From the NCBI GenBank assembly GCA_025786725.1, contig JAHLTZ010000048.1, positions 62,001 to 126,000 of the forward strand: a DNA stretch of 64,000 bases, read 5' to 3'. Below are positions 29,682-44,490 of this stretch, one piece after another. The DNA comes from Syncephalis fuscata S228. Its lineage: Eukaryota; Fungi; Zoopagomycota. Each line of letters begins with the position of its first letter. Position 1 is the first letter of the stretch. A program made the position numbers and the translations under genes. The notes beneath the pieces are model-generated. The model was not told the DNA's origin. It saw only the letters and a program-made list of their open reading frames with translations, and searched no databases.

Positions 29682-32023
29682 ATTATGTAAACACGATTTA
29701 CACTGTTTGGGATATGATATGGTATGATGCTATTGCTCAAATTTAAGATTGTAATACCAAAATGCTACGCGATGATAAAACAAACACGATAATGATAAAA
29801 ATAGTGGATGCTACTGATAAATAGAAGTGCTACTACAACATAGTTTTTATAGCAAATGTAACAAATACAAGTACATACTTGTACTTGCAGAGCATAATAG
29901 CAAAGACGGGTACCATCGCTGGGTCATGGCATTAAACCACCCTTTGCTCTTTGTTTCAGTATTTCAGGTAATGTTGGTGGTTTATTTTTAGAAACAATGA
30001 AAATAACTAGTTTTTCCAACTGGTCATGGTACTTTCGCCTATTCTATGACTTCGATTTTACAGCACAAAGAAATGCATTTCTTTGTTTCGTTAAATGATC
30101 CAATGACTAGACGTTGGAAGTTCATTGTATCTACTATTTGCCCACTACTTTATACTATTTTAAGCAAGTAACCATGACGATTCGTGCTCAAACAATGTAT
30201 TTTTATATATATAGGTGTATATATGATTCTTGCTCATAAATAAAGGTTTAACGTCTAGTAAACTGTGTGTACAAGCATTAACAAAGCTTGTCAAGAGATT
30301 ACAGCTGGTTATTCCATCAATAAATGTATTCTAAACGGTGTATATTATTGACGATTGCCAAATTAAATTACATCTATTAAGTTTAAAATATATATGATTA
30401 TAAAGAATAATATAAAATTATGATGGTGTCGATATGCAATATATAACTGGAAAGTTTAATCATTATACTTTATAAAAATGTTATCAGATTAAAGCAACAG
30501 TACACAGAATTATCTGTTGCACCTTATAAGAATATTGGGAAAATACGCAAAAGGTACCAAAGATTACTAAATAAAAAATACAACGTTTGGCCAATCACTA
30601 CTGTTATTAGTATTACTATTGTTATAATCAGCGCTTTAGACAAAAAATGGGCCAAAGCTGCGCTATACTATGTAGAAAATTCACCAATGATGGCCAATAC
30701 TATACCGGTTTCAGCCATCATTTGTATATTTCATCAGGTACTCTTTATTAATACCCTTTGTTAGTAAAATAGTTTAGCGGATATCCAAGTTTTAGAAATC
30801 CAAATAGTACTTTGCCGGCTACCTGGGTTTAGTTGAGTAGTAAAGCTTTTATATAAATAGTGAGGCCGAGATCTAAAACAAATTAGGACTTGAACTGAAA
30901 TAAAATAATGCCAGGCGGAGTTTTATTGTCGTCATCCCAATTAGTAATGCATCTCTCTTGTTCTCACATTGCTTTTTTCTTTCAATCGCATCATAGTGAC
31001 TGTACAGCACGCCACTTTTCTCCTTTGTCCACTTTCAGCAAAAAAACGTTTCTTTACTGCTCAATTAAAAACATATTGATGCAATCTATGTACTTTTTGT
31101 TGCTGTAGCGTGTTATCTATTCGCGTGAATGGCAAGGTACTCCAAAAATTTATCGGCAGAAGACTGTCATGCTGAAGACGAGGAACGCATTCAGCTTCTT
31201 ACTAAACAAGATAATGTTGCTAGCCCCAGCGTAGCTAATAATGACGACCTTGCTGATAAACAAGGCATGCTACCCCAGGAGCAAATACTACATCCAGTGG
31301 TATCCGGTTTACAACTCAGGCGCCGTTTTATCGCGGTGTTGCTTATGGTAGGTGTTGTGCCATGTACAGTAGTGCCGTCTGAAGCAATGTCTCGTATTTG
31401 CACCTATCCACGCTCAATACGTCTTCTCAAATGCCAGCTCTTCCATCTTCCCTTTCTGGCGACTCGTGGAACGCTTATAACCTGTTTGGGATTATATGCG
31501 CATGTCGATTACTGTAACGAGCAATTACCAGCTGCTCATTATAATCCACGCCATTTAGCACTTAAATAACCATAATGACTTGCTTTCTTTTGGCAAGATA
31601 ACAACTCCTTCATCTGCTGCTTCGTTTTTGCTATAAATACTGTTGAAAAGACAGGCAACAGGTCATTGACTTAGTAGTTTACGCCCATTACTTCCCCCCC
31701 TCCCCCTGAGCCCTTATTTCATCGTAGTACACATCTTCTTTTCATATTTAGTGTTCAACGATTGCAGTAAATCTACCATCTTTACACTTTTTTCAACATA
31801 TTACATCGCTTATTCACACGTACTTCTACATCCACACTATTTTGCCAGTTTTACTAATTATAGTAATCCGCTACATCGCAACATTTGATTGCTTACAACT
31901 ACACTATATCACTATCTATTACACGTAGAAATAGCTGGTTAAATCTTTACACCGTTGCAGAAGTTTCGATTACTACACGTTGTAATTCAACACTATTGCT
32001 GCAACATCTAACTAAACATCATT

Positions 32024-34555
32024 ATGTCCACCATAGACGCTAACGGTGGACGCAGGCGCACCACCTTTGCATCAAGGAAAAGCACAGACGATGATGATAG
32101 TGATAACAACAAACACACTGAGCTGCTATCAAAAAATGGAGAAATTAGTGATGATGAAGCATCAGTAATAAAAACTGCCACCGGATACGCCGCAACTGGA
32201 GATGTGCCACACTTTACAGTAAGTGAAAATACAACATTTTACACACAAATTGCTTATAATATAATTTGCTATGTCTCCTTATTAATTGCAATTCAACTAA
32301 CTACCTAATTTAGTTTCGTGCCGTATTTGTTGGCTTATTGATTGGATCACTTCTTTGTTTTACCAATATGTATTTCGGCCTTCAAACAGGATGGATTTCA
32401 ATGATGTCGCTACAATCCTCATTACTTGGCTTTGCTATTTTCAAGCCTCTTAATCGATACCTACGTGTTCCTTTTGGCCCAATTGAAAATGTATTACTTC
32501 AAACAACTGCAGTAGCAACTGCTACGATGCCACTAGCTGGCGGCTTTGTAGGTATTATTCCTGCACTTACTAAACTTACGCTCGAAGAAAGCCCAAGCGG
32601 CCCAATAAGACCAACATTTGGCCAGCTACTTTTTTGGGGTTTTGGTATTGCATTTTTCGGTGTGTTTTTTGCTATTCCCTTGCGAAAGCAAACAATTATT
32701 AAGGAAAAGCTACGCTTTCCGTCGGGTACTGCCACAGCCCAAATGATTTCACTATTACATCAACAGCCCGACCCTACTGAGGAAGAGGAAAAAAACAAAG
32801 GTCACAAGCTGCCTGCCTCTGGTAAAGAAATAGATGTAGCGGATGATTATTCCACTGTGGTTTCCTCGAATCAACTAAGCACTCCAGAAGACTATGAACG
32901 TGATTGGAAATCTAAAATGGTTGCACTATACTGGTCATTTGGCATTAGTGGCGTTTACACATTGGTATCTCATTTTGTACCAGTTATTAATGCTCTTCCG
33001 TTGGGCGATTGGATTACTGGATTTCACGTTCCGTTTGCAAAGTGGAACTGGTACTTGACTCCATCTTTCAGTTACGCCGGTCAAGGAATTATCATGGGCC
33101 TTCACACGACTATATCTATGCTGGCTGGTGCTATTGTTGGCTGGGGTATTCTCGGTCCTGCTGCTCACGCAAAAGGATGGGCGCCCGGCAACGTTAACGA
33201 CACTGTCGATAGTCCTAGAAGCTGGATTCTTTGGATATCACTTGCCATCATGATATCCGAATCCCTCGTATCTTTATCGGTTGTTACCATAAAGGAAGTG
33301 GCTAAACGCTGGCAAGACCGCCAGGAGGCCCGCCAACGACAAGACGGTGCTACAGAGGCTCAGAGGCAGCGTGAACAGCATCAGCTACTACTAGACGAAG
33401 ACGAAAACTTACCTGCTTACATGAAAGTACCAGATTGGGTCACCTACGGTGGTTTGGTAGTCAGCTCAGCTCTATGTGTTGTTGCAGCCAGTGCTGTCTT
33501 CGACATCACTTGGTACGCCAGCCTTCTTTCGGTAGTTCTTGCCTGTTTCTTTAGTATTATAGCAGTGAGTATTTAAAACCTTAAAATAATTGGGTAATCA
33601 CGTGTTTAGTAGTTAAATAATACATCGGCTGTTAATGGTGCTACACGCTGTGCACTCAGTTAATTACTTAATTATGTTGATTATTTAATTCACAACTACT
33701 ACTATTATTTATACAATTAAACTAACAATAATTTTAATTGTATTGTAGGTTCGTGCACTTGGAGAAACTGATTTAAATCCAGTTAGTGGTATTGGTAAAC
33801 TTTCTCAAGTCATTTTTGCCGGCGTCGCTCCTGGAAATATTATAGCCAATCTAATTGCCGGCGGTATCGCCGAGGCCGGCGCACAACAGGCCGGTGATAT
33901 GATGCAAGATCTCAAAACAGGCCATCTGTTGCATGCATCGCCACGCGCACAGTTCTACGGACAGCTAGCCGGTAGCTTTTTCTCAGTCATTGTAGCGGTC
34001 CTATCCTATTGGGTGTTTTCTACTGTATACACAATCCCGGGACCTGAATTCACAGTGCCCACTGCAGATGTAAGTATTGCATGGCTTTCAATATCAAATT
34101 ATACTGACAAAGGCCTGCATGGCGTTACTTCGTAGATATGGTTGAAAATGTCACGTTTGGTTAATGGCCAGCCTTTGCCGCCTAACAGCGTACCGTTCAT
34201 TATTGGTTCGGCTATTTTGTTTGCCATTCCTCCACTTCTTGAGCTAGTGCGCCCAAATGCCCGCTTCCTGCGCTATCTTCCTTCAGGAATTGCATTTGCC
34301 ATGGGGATCTACACTACACCAAACTACGTAATTCCACGCTTCATTGGCGCTTTGGGTGCTGAAATCTACAAGCGTTACCGCACTAATAAGGACCCATCGG
34401 TAGCTCGGTCACTTCGGGTACTTATCATTGTCGTTGCAAGCGGCTTTGTCTTAGGCGAAGGCATAATAGCACTTGTAAACCTCATTTTATCAGCATGCCA
34501 TATTAAAGCGGCCACTTGCGCTGGATGTATCCCGGGTACCTGCCCAGGATGCTAA
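32024..34555 (+). CDS. OPT-superfamily (YSL-like) oligopeptide/metal-chelate transporter
   Basis: HFT|FRAVFVGLLIGSLLCFTNMYFGLQTGW, ENVLLQT, LRFPSGTATA, RALGETDLNP, AQQAGDMMQDLKTGHL, ASGFVLGEG. Three introns. Confidence 0.94.
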
Positions 34556-37500
34556 TAGTCTGCATCGATAGATGTAGTATTATTATGGCCGTAACTCCGC
34601 GTTATTCGATTTGATACTGCCTTATAATTTTGTTAACATGTAAATCTAACATTTACATTGCATTACAATTGTTTTGTTTCCATTCAAATGCAATATTGGT
34701 TTATTTGTTGCATGGTTAGTACCTCAATAAAACAGACTTTGTATGTGTGCACTGCAGAGTCCCAGTTTTCAAAAGCTAGCCCCCTTGCGTATCTGCCATG
34801 TGCCTCCATTGACGTGTACATATGCTTGCGCAAACTGCATAAAGTGCATATGATTTCCATTTAAAACATATACTTGTTTGCTGTAGAATCAAGTCATGTA
34901 TGTTCTATATGTTTAACAGATTGCTAGGATAGTTGTTGATACGTCAATAATGCAAGCTGACGCATGATCACTGTTGCGCGGCTAGGCTTAAACTTCCGTT
35001 TTATGTGTAACAACAATTGGTTCTTGTGCGCGCAGTCCTTCAGCAAAATCACATGCATATTGGTTCCTGCAATAAAACATCGCTACCCGTTTTATTTGCT
35101 CAATTTGGAACAGTCTTATTCAACAATACAGTAAAAATTTTGCAGTGACATTTATTGAAGCTTGCATACGAAGCAATAGTTGCAAAGTAATGCAGCTGTG
35201 TTGATTTACGCGTCAGCCATTAAGGTAGACTACTTTATGGGGCAATTGGTTTTATTTTAATTCACCACTTAGGCTTTGTACTCACTTATTTCAAACTCCG
35301 ATGTAACATAATCATGTTGCATTTGACTAAAGTGATTGACCGTACATAACAACCACATAGGATTAGAGCACTGACGCCTGTGGTATGACTGCTCGAGTAC
35401 TCGGTATTGCAGTACGCAGCTAACATGTGGCAGGTGCATCTGAACGATGTTCAGGGTGTTGACCAGTAAGCTTGAGTGCTATTTCTACTTTGGAACTCGG
35501 CCTTAGTCAACACGCATATGAAGAGCCAGTGAATGACAGAGATAGCCAAAAAGGAAAGAGTGCATACAAGGCGCTGTAAAGAAAGATAGCACGACAGCAC
35601 TGCTTTCAGCATCATCAGCATCATCAGCATCAGCATCATCATCACCATCATTATTGCTACGACAGCAATGATTACTGCACCTATTAAATCAATTTCCAGT
35701 TTTTCAATTTCCACATGTATATTTGGACAAGGTTGTCGGCTGTATCACTGAACAATGTGGCACAGGACCGGTTTGAATCACACGGACAGTTAGGTAGTTG
35801 ACTTCATTGACGCCTGATCGTGCCAATAAAGAATTCAAGGGTTTAGTCTTTTGTTTAATTCACACTATTTTTTGCACGCTAACCGGCTCAAGTCGTACAC
35901 AAACATTCTCCGAGAATAACTAGAAAAACACATTTAGCGTGCTTCATCAGAAATATCTTTATCCATTTGTACATATTTCATTACCCTCAAAGTCAGGTTG
36001 ACCACTTAGTTCTATGCTTTGCACGCTAGTAGTCTCTGCCTTATTGGGACTGTTTTTTGCACTAACATCCTTTTCTTTCCGACGCACCTGTTCAGGGGGA
36101 CTGAATTGCGCAGCTACGCGGCAGAACAATATTATAAATTAACAGCGATAGTGCTTGCCATCGGCCAATTTTGTCCATCTCATTCCTTCCATCTTAAACT
36201 CGCCCAATCCACTTATCTACCGCTTCCTTTTCCTTCATCGTCGCTATTTCTATTTTTGCTACGATTCAATATATACCGCGTTCGTCTCGTCATTCTTTTC
36301 TGCGTTAACTTTACATAAATATATATATACTCTTGTTCCTTCATCTCCAACTTTATCGCCAAAGTGGTGCTTCCTTTTCTTTTCACTGTTTTTTATTGAA
36401 CAAGCAAAGTGAAGCAACATTGTTACGTGTTTCTACAATATCGCGTAACGGCAGGTTCAATTTACGTACTTTATATGTAAACTGCCTCGACATAAAGTTG
36501 AAGTGTTCAATAATTACAAACATACGTTATTCTTTAGTCAATCTGACTTACGTTAAAGCCTTCAATCTGAATCTAAGGTAACATAGTTTTGCTATTTGTG
36601 ATAATGCTAAGCAGTATAAAAACAAAAAGTTGTGCAAACCATATTGGTATATTAGACTAATCCTGCAGCTGTTTTTATTAAATTAACATAATCATACAAT
36701 CAATTTGATTTATTTATAGCTAGTTTCAATTCACCTCGACGTACAACAAAATAGTTTTATTATTTTTACGGAATTATTGATTTAATAGGTAACTATCTAG
36801 TTAAATAATTCAAGTATTGAAAAATTACTATACTAATTGCTGCTGTTTTTACTATTTGTTTTTATTACCATCATTGTTACCAATATCGTTGAATATTATT
36901 ACCAATTATTGTTATTGTTGTTGTTGTCATAATCACCATAATCAATATTATCAACAATATTACTGCTATTATCGCTAATTATCATACCGCCATTATCATC
37001 ATCATCATCATCACTATTATTAATAATAATATTAAGTACAAACTTGTTAGGCAAACCTGGTTATTTTAAAAAAAACCATCATAGACGTCTACACAAAGTG
37101 AATTGAAGTAGTAAATTAAGCAGGTTAGTGATTAACTAAAATTTATTAGTATGATTACCCTTAGTATAATTATAATTATAACTACAAGTGCTACTACTAT
37201 TATGCAATATTCATTAGTAATACTTGATATGTTTGTAACTATTGCGCTACTTAAAATAATTTGGCGCCAATATATTACAAAAATTCAATAACAGAGGTGG
37301 AAAAGCAAAATCTAAAAGCAACTGCTTTTATTAATTGATATCGTCGTAAATTAAACAACAATAGCATAGCATACTATTAGTTTTACCTTTTGCTATGTAA
37401 TAACTTTTAATTTAAACATAGCATGGCAACTTTCACATGCGCATATCAAACACGTTTGAGCTAATAAGCATGATTGTTCGGCGTTTAAACGTTATTGTTT

Positions 37501-40500
37501 GTTGTATGAAAACTACATGCACGATTGTAATTCTTATTTGCCATCATGGAGTCTGCGCCAGTCCGGATTCTGGCAGACATTTGCATGCGACTTTTGGCTA
37601 GACAGACACAAGTCTGCGTCTAAATTTGTTGATTATTCTTGAAATTTTATTCATGCCTATTCTGCTCAGATCAGGTGCCAATACTATCCTGTTACTGCGC
37701 CTATTTATCTAATGAAATGAATACACATCTAATTGGGCAGATGGCCGTGTTACGACAGGTTTGTAATATAAGTGGGCTTGATACTTTAAAGTTACGTCGG
37801 TATCATATGGTCCGCGTGCCGTGCCCGTTACATGCGAATCGTGCTAAGAACAGCTGCCAGTGCGTCCCAAGCTTCTGTTTTTACTTGTATAAAACCATTG
37901 GTCATACATTTGGCCATCGCTAGAGTACAGCTGCACGCGACCGAGCACACGTACACACGCATAATATAGAAACAGTAGCGAACTAGTACATAAACATATC
38001 GTTATTTATTTCGTAACTGCACATGTTAGTCTATGCGTGGATATGTGCAGCCCCAAAGGTCGTCTTTCATGCGTTTGCAAACCACCTCTTACTCCCGTCA
38101 CACCTCTTTCACTAAACAATGAGTCCCTCCCCATACACACACATACACACACATTCACACACGCGCCTACAAGTCGAATCATGGCTATTATTAGTTTGAT
38201 TTCCAATTTTCAATTTTATCGAGACTCACGCGGTATCCACGTATCGTGCGTCAGGTCCAATGCATTTACATACTCAAGACCTGATATCCCATATGGATAT
38301 GCCTACCATTACTATACTTTTTTGACTTGAAAATGGCTATTGCGTGTTGTTATTATTTCATGTCAATGATTTCTAATATTACTGGCTAATTATCTTTTAC
38401 AACGCGTTGGTTCCTTTTCTTTTTCGCCGTTGTATTGCAAAAAATCTATATACATCGTTGCTACCTTTCTAGACGTCGGTTTACAGCCTTTGTTTCTTTA
38501 CAGCCAGTATAATTGGGCACACAATACTTGGTCTGGCTGGTCAAGTAGCGTATTCTGACAGGAATTACTTTTACATTACATTGGTAAGTGCAATGAGTTT
38601 TGAAAAACAAATATTATATTGCCTGCCAAGTACGCTGCATGGTTTTATAACAATTCTACAGTCTGATATTCTTCGAAGTTATTATTACTATATATATATA
38701 TATATTGCTCATTCGTGCGTACTACTTTGAAACTTATGTTTATTTCCACCTATATTATAATATACACATGTATGAGCAACTGATGTTCTAAGAGCACCCG
38801 CAAACAATGAAACTGAGGGTGCACATTAGGCATAGTGATAGGAGAGCGATCGAAGTGTAGTGGCAAGGCCTACATGGCACTGATTTCGGTGCTAGCATCG
38901 CCGTGTTATCACATCTATTTGCGGAATGATTGCCATATTTTCCTCCTTCATGACTTCCTACCAAATCTGTATAATTTCGATGCTTCGCAAGCCATGCACA
39001 TGACTACTGTGATGTAGCGATCGACCCGCTGGCCGTGAATTCATCATTCTTCGTAGCATCTTCACCTATTTTGTGACACTTTGATCCATTTATAGTCAGA
39101 AATATACGGATTTACTTGCACTGGCTTCTATTTCTTTTATGCTATAATGCTTTGCTAGTCGCATGTCTATTTGTGCGTATAGCTATGTGTGTGTTTTATG
39201 TGTGTTTGGTGTATGGGCTTGCGCGCACTACTCGCCTTGATGTGTTCTGTTTCTGCACGTTCTTCATTACCGTGACCGGTATGCGGATCCTTTTCGATCG
39301 CGACCCGTTTCCACTTCTGACGCCAGGCTTATCGATTTCGTCCAATCTTTGCCCTAAACGTTCATAGATCATTCGCTTTCTCAATTGTTTGTGTACTCTC
39401 GGATATTGCAGACAAGCCAAAGGATTGGCCAATACAGGTGTGAGTCTTTCTAATAGCTTATGGATGGGCCAATATGCATCAGTTCGATCAGTGCCATCAT
39501 TGCTTCCATGTGCTCGCCTGGTGGGTCTTAACTTTTTTCTGCTTCTCCTTTTTTGAAAGCTATTTTCTTATTTGCCATTGAGTTCGCGTCTTCTCCTTTT
39601 ATACGATTTCTTTATTATTAATGTCGTCTGGTTTATCATAAACTGACTAAAACACTTGGCAATTATTTATCTAGTCTGCCGCAACAGCTGGATCACACAC
39701 ACACACACACACACACACATTTACGATTGACTTGGGTGAGTAATTAGTGATATTTTACCCATCGATATTGGCCATTTGAATGGTCAATAGCCTGCATTTT
39801 ATAGTGTTATATAATGCCAAATTCTATAATCGTTTTATTAATTATAAGTAACCAAATTAAGCAATGCTTGTTGCTCAATCATCGGCACTGGCTGCGATCG
39901 ATGAATACAGCAAACCAATTGTGTTTTTCCCGGTTGTATATTGACAAATAATGACAATTTTTATCCATATCTGCCTTTGCTTGCGAATATTTCTATATGT
40001 GCTGTCTGTGCGTTGCTGCCTATTGAGGGAATTGGTGCTGCCTATGGTTGGCATTATTCTTAAAAAGGCCAATTTATTAATCCTGTCGAAACACAATTTA
40101 AAGCTCCGCTTAACTCCATATGGACCATGTTGCCATTCCAAATGGTTTGATCCACAATCACATCCTATCACCCCACTCAGCCCGTATTCTTTCTAATTCA
40201 AGCGAACCAACAATCCGTAACAGTACTTTACACTTCCCTTTAAATATTGATCGATCGGCTGTGTTTGTTCAGACTAAACAAAAGTCAGTTTATTACGGTG
40301 TATAGGAACGGACTGATGGGCGTGTAGCTAATATGATAAATGATAACTGTGGTTCAGTGTGCTTACCCGTAGTCATTGTTGGCAGCTATCGTACCATCTA
40401 GCGTTAGTCTTGTTATTTTCAATAATTAGCGTAATGTAGCGTTGATATGCGCTAGAATTCATGTGTAAAGCTATAATGATTCGTTGCTTGGCATTGTAGC

Positions 40501-40784
40501 GATGCTTGGCAGATTGTGCTGCTACAATATAGTATTTGCCAAGTCAGCTTATTAACCGTTATTTGTACAGATAGGTTTTTGAACAACCATCATCTAAAAC
40601 CAAAGATTTGTATCGGCAGTGGCCCCGGTAAATTATCTAGGAAGCCAATCAGCAGTAACTCAGCGCCGACAGTCTTTTATTGGTTTACTTTTTACGTCTA
40701 AATCAACTGGTTGTTAGACGTGATTTCATTACTCTTGCAATTTAGAACGTAGCGTGTTTATTCCCAACATAATATTTACACATC

Positions 40785-43700
40785 ATGCTTAACCCGAAAA
40801 AAACCGGCTTTACCGTCATGAGTGATCGGAACAGTCTTGTTGGCACAGCTGCGCAACGACTGTCGTCTGCATTGTCTTCATCGTCTTCACCATCGTCAAT
40901 ATCGTCTTCACCGGTTGTATCCACATCATCAACACCGTCCTCGCCCATTACTGGTTTTAGTGGTGATACGGGCAATACAAAAGTATCCAATCGGCATCGT
41001 CCGCCATGCTTTTGGGCCTTACTTTCCAATTGCGACCTAAAATTTGTATACGTGTCTCAGAGTATCAAACTTGATTGTGATAAAACAGAATTGATCAATC
41101 CGTCTTCTACATTGGATACCAATTCAACAATGATTGACTCAAATGGCGATCACGTAATGACTGATACTTGTTCCATTGCAGCCAATGGTGCAGTTTCACT
41201 AACAACTGCTGCAATAACACCCACAGCCACAATAGCAAGTAGTGATAGTAATGGTAATGCTGGTGGTAATAGTGAGAAAAAGCTACATATCAACACACAG
41301 CATAGTCACGCACATATAACAGGTGATGTATATAGTGGATCAAACACAGATATGGCCATAGAACAAAACTATCAGTGGCTAGTGGATACATCCTTTTTTG
41401 AACATATCCATCTAGAGGAGGTAGCAGCTGCACGCGCTGACCTTGGTCATTTTGTTGCTCAAAAAACACTGTATGGCTCAATCACTCGGTAGGTAGAATA
41501 TAAATATTTATTTGTAATAGTTGATAGTTGCTTACAAAGCAACACGCTACTAGTTGTCGCTTCCGCATGCCAAAAACCGCAAATACCAAAGGTCTAGCTG
41601 CATCGGTAGCGGCCGAACAGCCACGCGATAGACGTTTAACGCCACTGACTACACCCACTGCTGCTCATGCTACAGGCTATTTTGATCAGCCGGTAGCACA
41701 GAACAGCTGGAATAGTGCACAAAACAGATTGACCCCATCCACTTTGCCGCCACTGTCATTCGAGCCTCGTTCGGTCGATCAGCAACAGGTTATTAAAAGT
41801 GGCGAAGAACAGGATTATATTGTTATGGATGTGACAATGAACGTTGTGTGTGACACATTGGCATTAGCATTTTTTCATGTGGTCGATGACAGCAATGGTA
41901 AGAACTGCTGTGATACTGTCCTCACTGCAAAAGTAAGTTGCAATGCATTGATAATAAACATAGTAGTAATTATCTATTTAATTATTAAATGGTGTAGGAC
42001 ATTGAGTTTCTACACACTCGGCTTAATGGATTATCGCCTCCTATTACACCCATCGAGTCTCGTATTATTTCGGGCACGTCATGTGCAGCACCCATTAGTA
42101 CTCGTGTATTACAAATTCAATCAGCTACCACAGGTCAAGTACTATTCCTATATCCACCAGACAATCTACGACGACTAGCTTCAGGTACCGAGCTGCCATC
42201 GGCCAATATAAACGATTGGTGTAGTCGCCTATTCTATCCAAGCGATTATCGTAATCTACATGATAAAGCAATGGCTGCGGCACAAGATAGCTTTGGCAAA
42301 GGCCATATGGCATGCCGGCACGTTTGTTCCCGTCTACGTTTTGATACAGTTCATGGCACACGTGTTGCTGAGTGTGTGGCCACTCGTTGGGGTAGTCTTA
42401 TATTCAAATGTACTCAGCTTATTGGCAGTGAGGCTGAAATTGCGCGCCGTGACGATTTAGGCGGTGGTGTTGGTGAAACAAGGCTGTTACGCCTGTAGGA
42501 CCATTTGCTACGACACAGCAATCATCTTCGTCGGCGTCGTTTGTTCCAGCCAACGAGCCTAATCGATCAGATTTATCGCTGCCGCTTCCAAAGCCTAGAG
42601 AGGATGTAAAAAATCTGATATCTTGTTCTACAGAAGGCAGTGTTATGACGCGTTGCCAGTCAGTGCCAGACTTTATGGCACATAGAACAACAGAAGCCAC
42701 ACTGATTCGGCCATCGCTTTCACGCATGGCTACTACAACAGCGGTTACTTTATGGCCAAATATGACAGCTGCACCATTGCATTCTATGTCAACGTCCAAT
42801 GCTCTGCCTCTTTTACCACAGAGCCAGCCTTCAAACCAATTGCCTACAGCCTCACTTATTCATTCAGGCAATCTAATATCATCAATGGAGCAGCAAAGTC
42901 TACCTTTAGATCATATGACCTACAATGCACCGCCCTATACGCCAACAGGTAATATACAGCTACCTTACTACCAACATGGCATTGAGGCGAATGATCCGAT
43001 GATGTGGTCAGAAGAGCTAAGGACGGGTCACGGATTAGGCCCGTCGGCTTCAACACCAACGGCAGTTACATTTGCGCAAAATGCTGCACATACTGGCAAT
43101 CATAACGTATCATTCCCCATCCCCATACGACAACGTGAACTGCCTAGTCATGGTAGCTATCATAGCGGTAATAGTAGTGGCGGTGGCAGCAATAATAGTA
43201 TAGAAAGTAAGCAATGTGAACAGTGTGGTACTATGCGTAGTCCAGAATGGCGCCGTGGTCCAAGCGGTCATAAAACGTAAGCATCATTATTAATAGAAGT
43301 ATTAATACTAATGTATATATTGATTAATAATTATTGACGTGTTTATGTTTATTAATACGCAAATTTAATAGTTTATGCAATGCTTGTGGCCTTCGATACT
43401 CTCGATCTTTGGCACGTGCTGGCAAATCAGTACAAAGTCAGCGTAATTTGGGATTAGCGGCCCATTCATCGGCTCAGCGTCCACTTGATTCGTCTTCTAT
43501 TGAGGCACGAGGCTTGCACCACCATGCCGATGGCCACGGTTCAGTCATTTTACCAGCAGCGCCATCATTCTTGCCTTCTTTCTCTACACCTGCAACGCCT
43601 ACTGCATCAACACTGCCAACAACATGCTCCACGCTATCACAGTCCATTACGGCTAGATCTATACCGATGGACGCTAGTTACGACAATAGTCATGCTATAG

Positions 43701-43990
43701 CTATGCATTCTATAGCACAGCTTCCATCGCATCTCTATCGTCATCACCAGCAACAACAACAGCTCCAACATCACCCATCGTCTGCCTATCATGCTAATCA
43801 CTCATTAGCCGCTCATTCGGACTGGTCCCGAGCTACACATCCGCACTACGGTCCAACACCAGCGGATCATTCAAACTTGCAAGTAATGAACCAAGAAACT
43901 TCATCGCCGGGATATAATACCGGCAATACCATGACATCACACCATTCTATGATGTCTAATTCTAATGGCCACAGCGCGCATGGTGTATAA
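40785..43990 (+). CDS. GATA zinc-finger transcription factor (C-X2-C-X18-C-X2-C) with N-terminal PAS-like folds
   Basis: Zinc finger CEQCGTMRSPEWRRGPSGHKT|LCNACGLRY. PAS-like segments CFWALLSNCDLKFVYVS and SFFEHIHLEEVAAARADL. Three introns and one frame break at ~42477. Confidence 0.88.
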
Positions 43991-44450
43991 TCAGTGTAAA
44001 ATGGTAATGACAGGATATTTAAAATCTTTATTTACATCAATTCTATTTAAGCTGGCTTCTTTTTTTTATACATCCACTTGAATATTAATTGATGGCTATT
44101 CTGCAATTGTCATTATTTCAGTAGTTTTTTCTTTTTTGGTCCATCTTTACGGGATGATGCTCCACTATGCATCGTTTGTGATTTGAGATGGCGTTTTCTT
44201 GCTATCTTTATATCTTTTCGTTTAAAACAATTATTATTATGTAAGCAAGTCAATTTCATATATTGACCATCATTTTTACTACATTTTTAACATGACCACA
44301 CTAACTACTATCACTGAATTATTGCACTATTTGTTCTTTTTATAATAGGCTATGGATGACACCTGTCTACCGTAACTATTATCTAATTAAGAGCAAACAT
44401 AACGTTGCCTTGCTATTTCTTTCTTTCCTCTCTTTCTCAATCTTTTAATA

Positions 44451-44490
<40 letters not shown>

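Noticed and set aside
35451-40305. Many 60-99 aa ORFs upstream of the GATA gene
   Set aside because: They have no recognisable motifs, often use non-ATG starts, show microsatellite-driven composition, and do not form a consistent exon chain.
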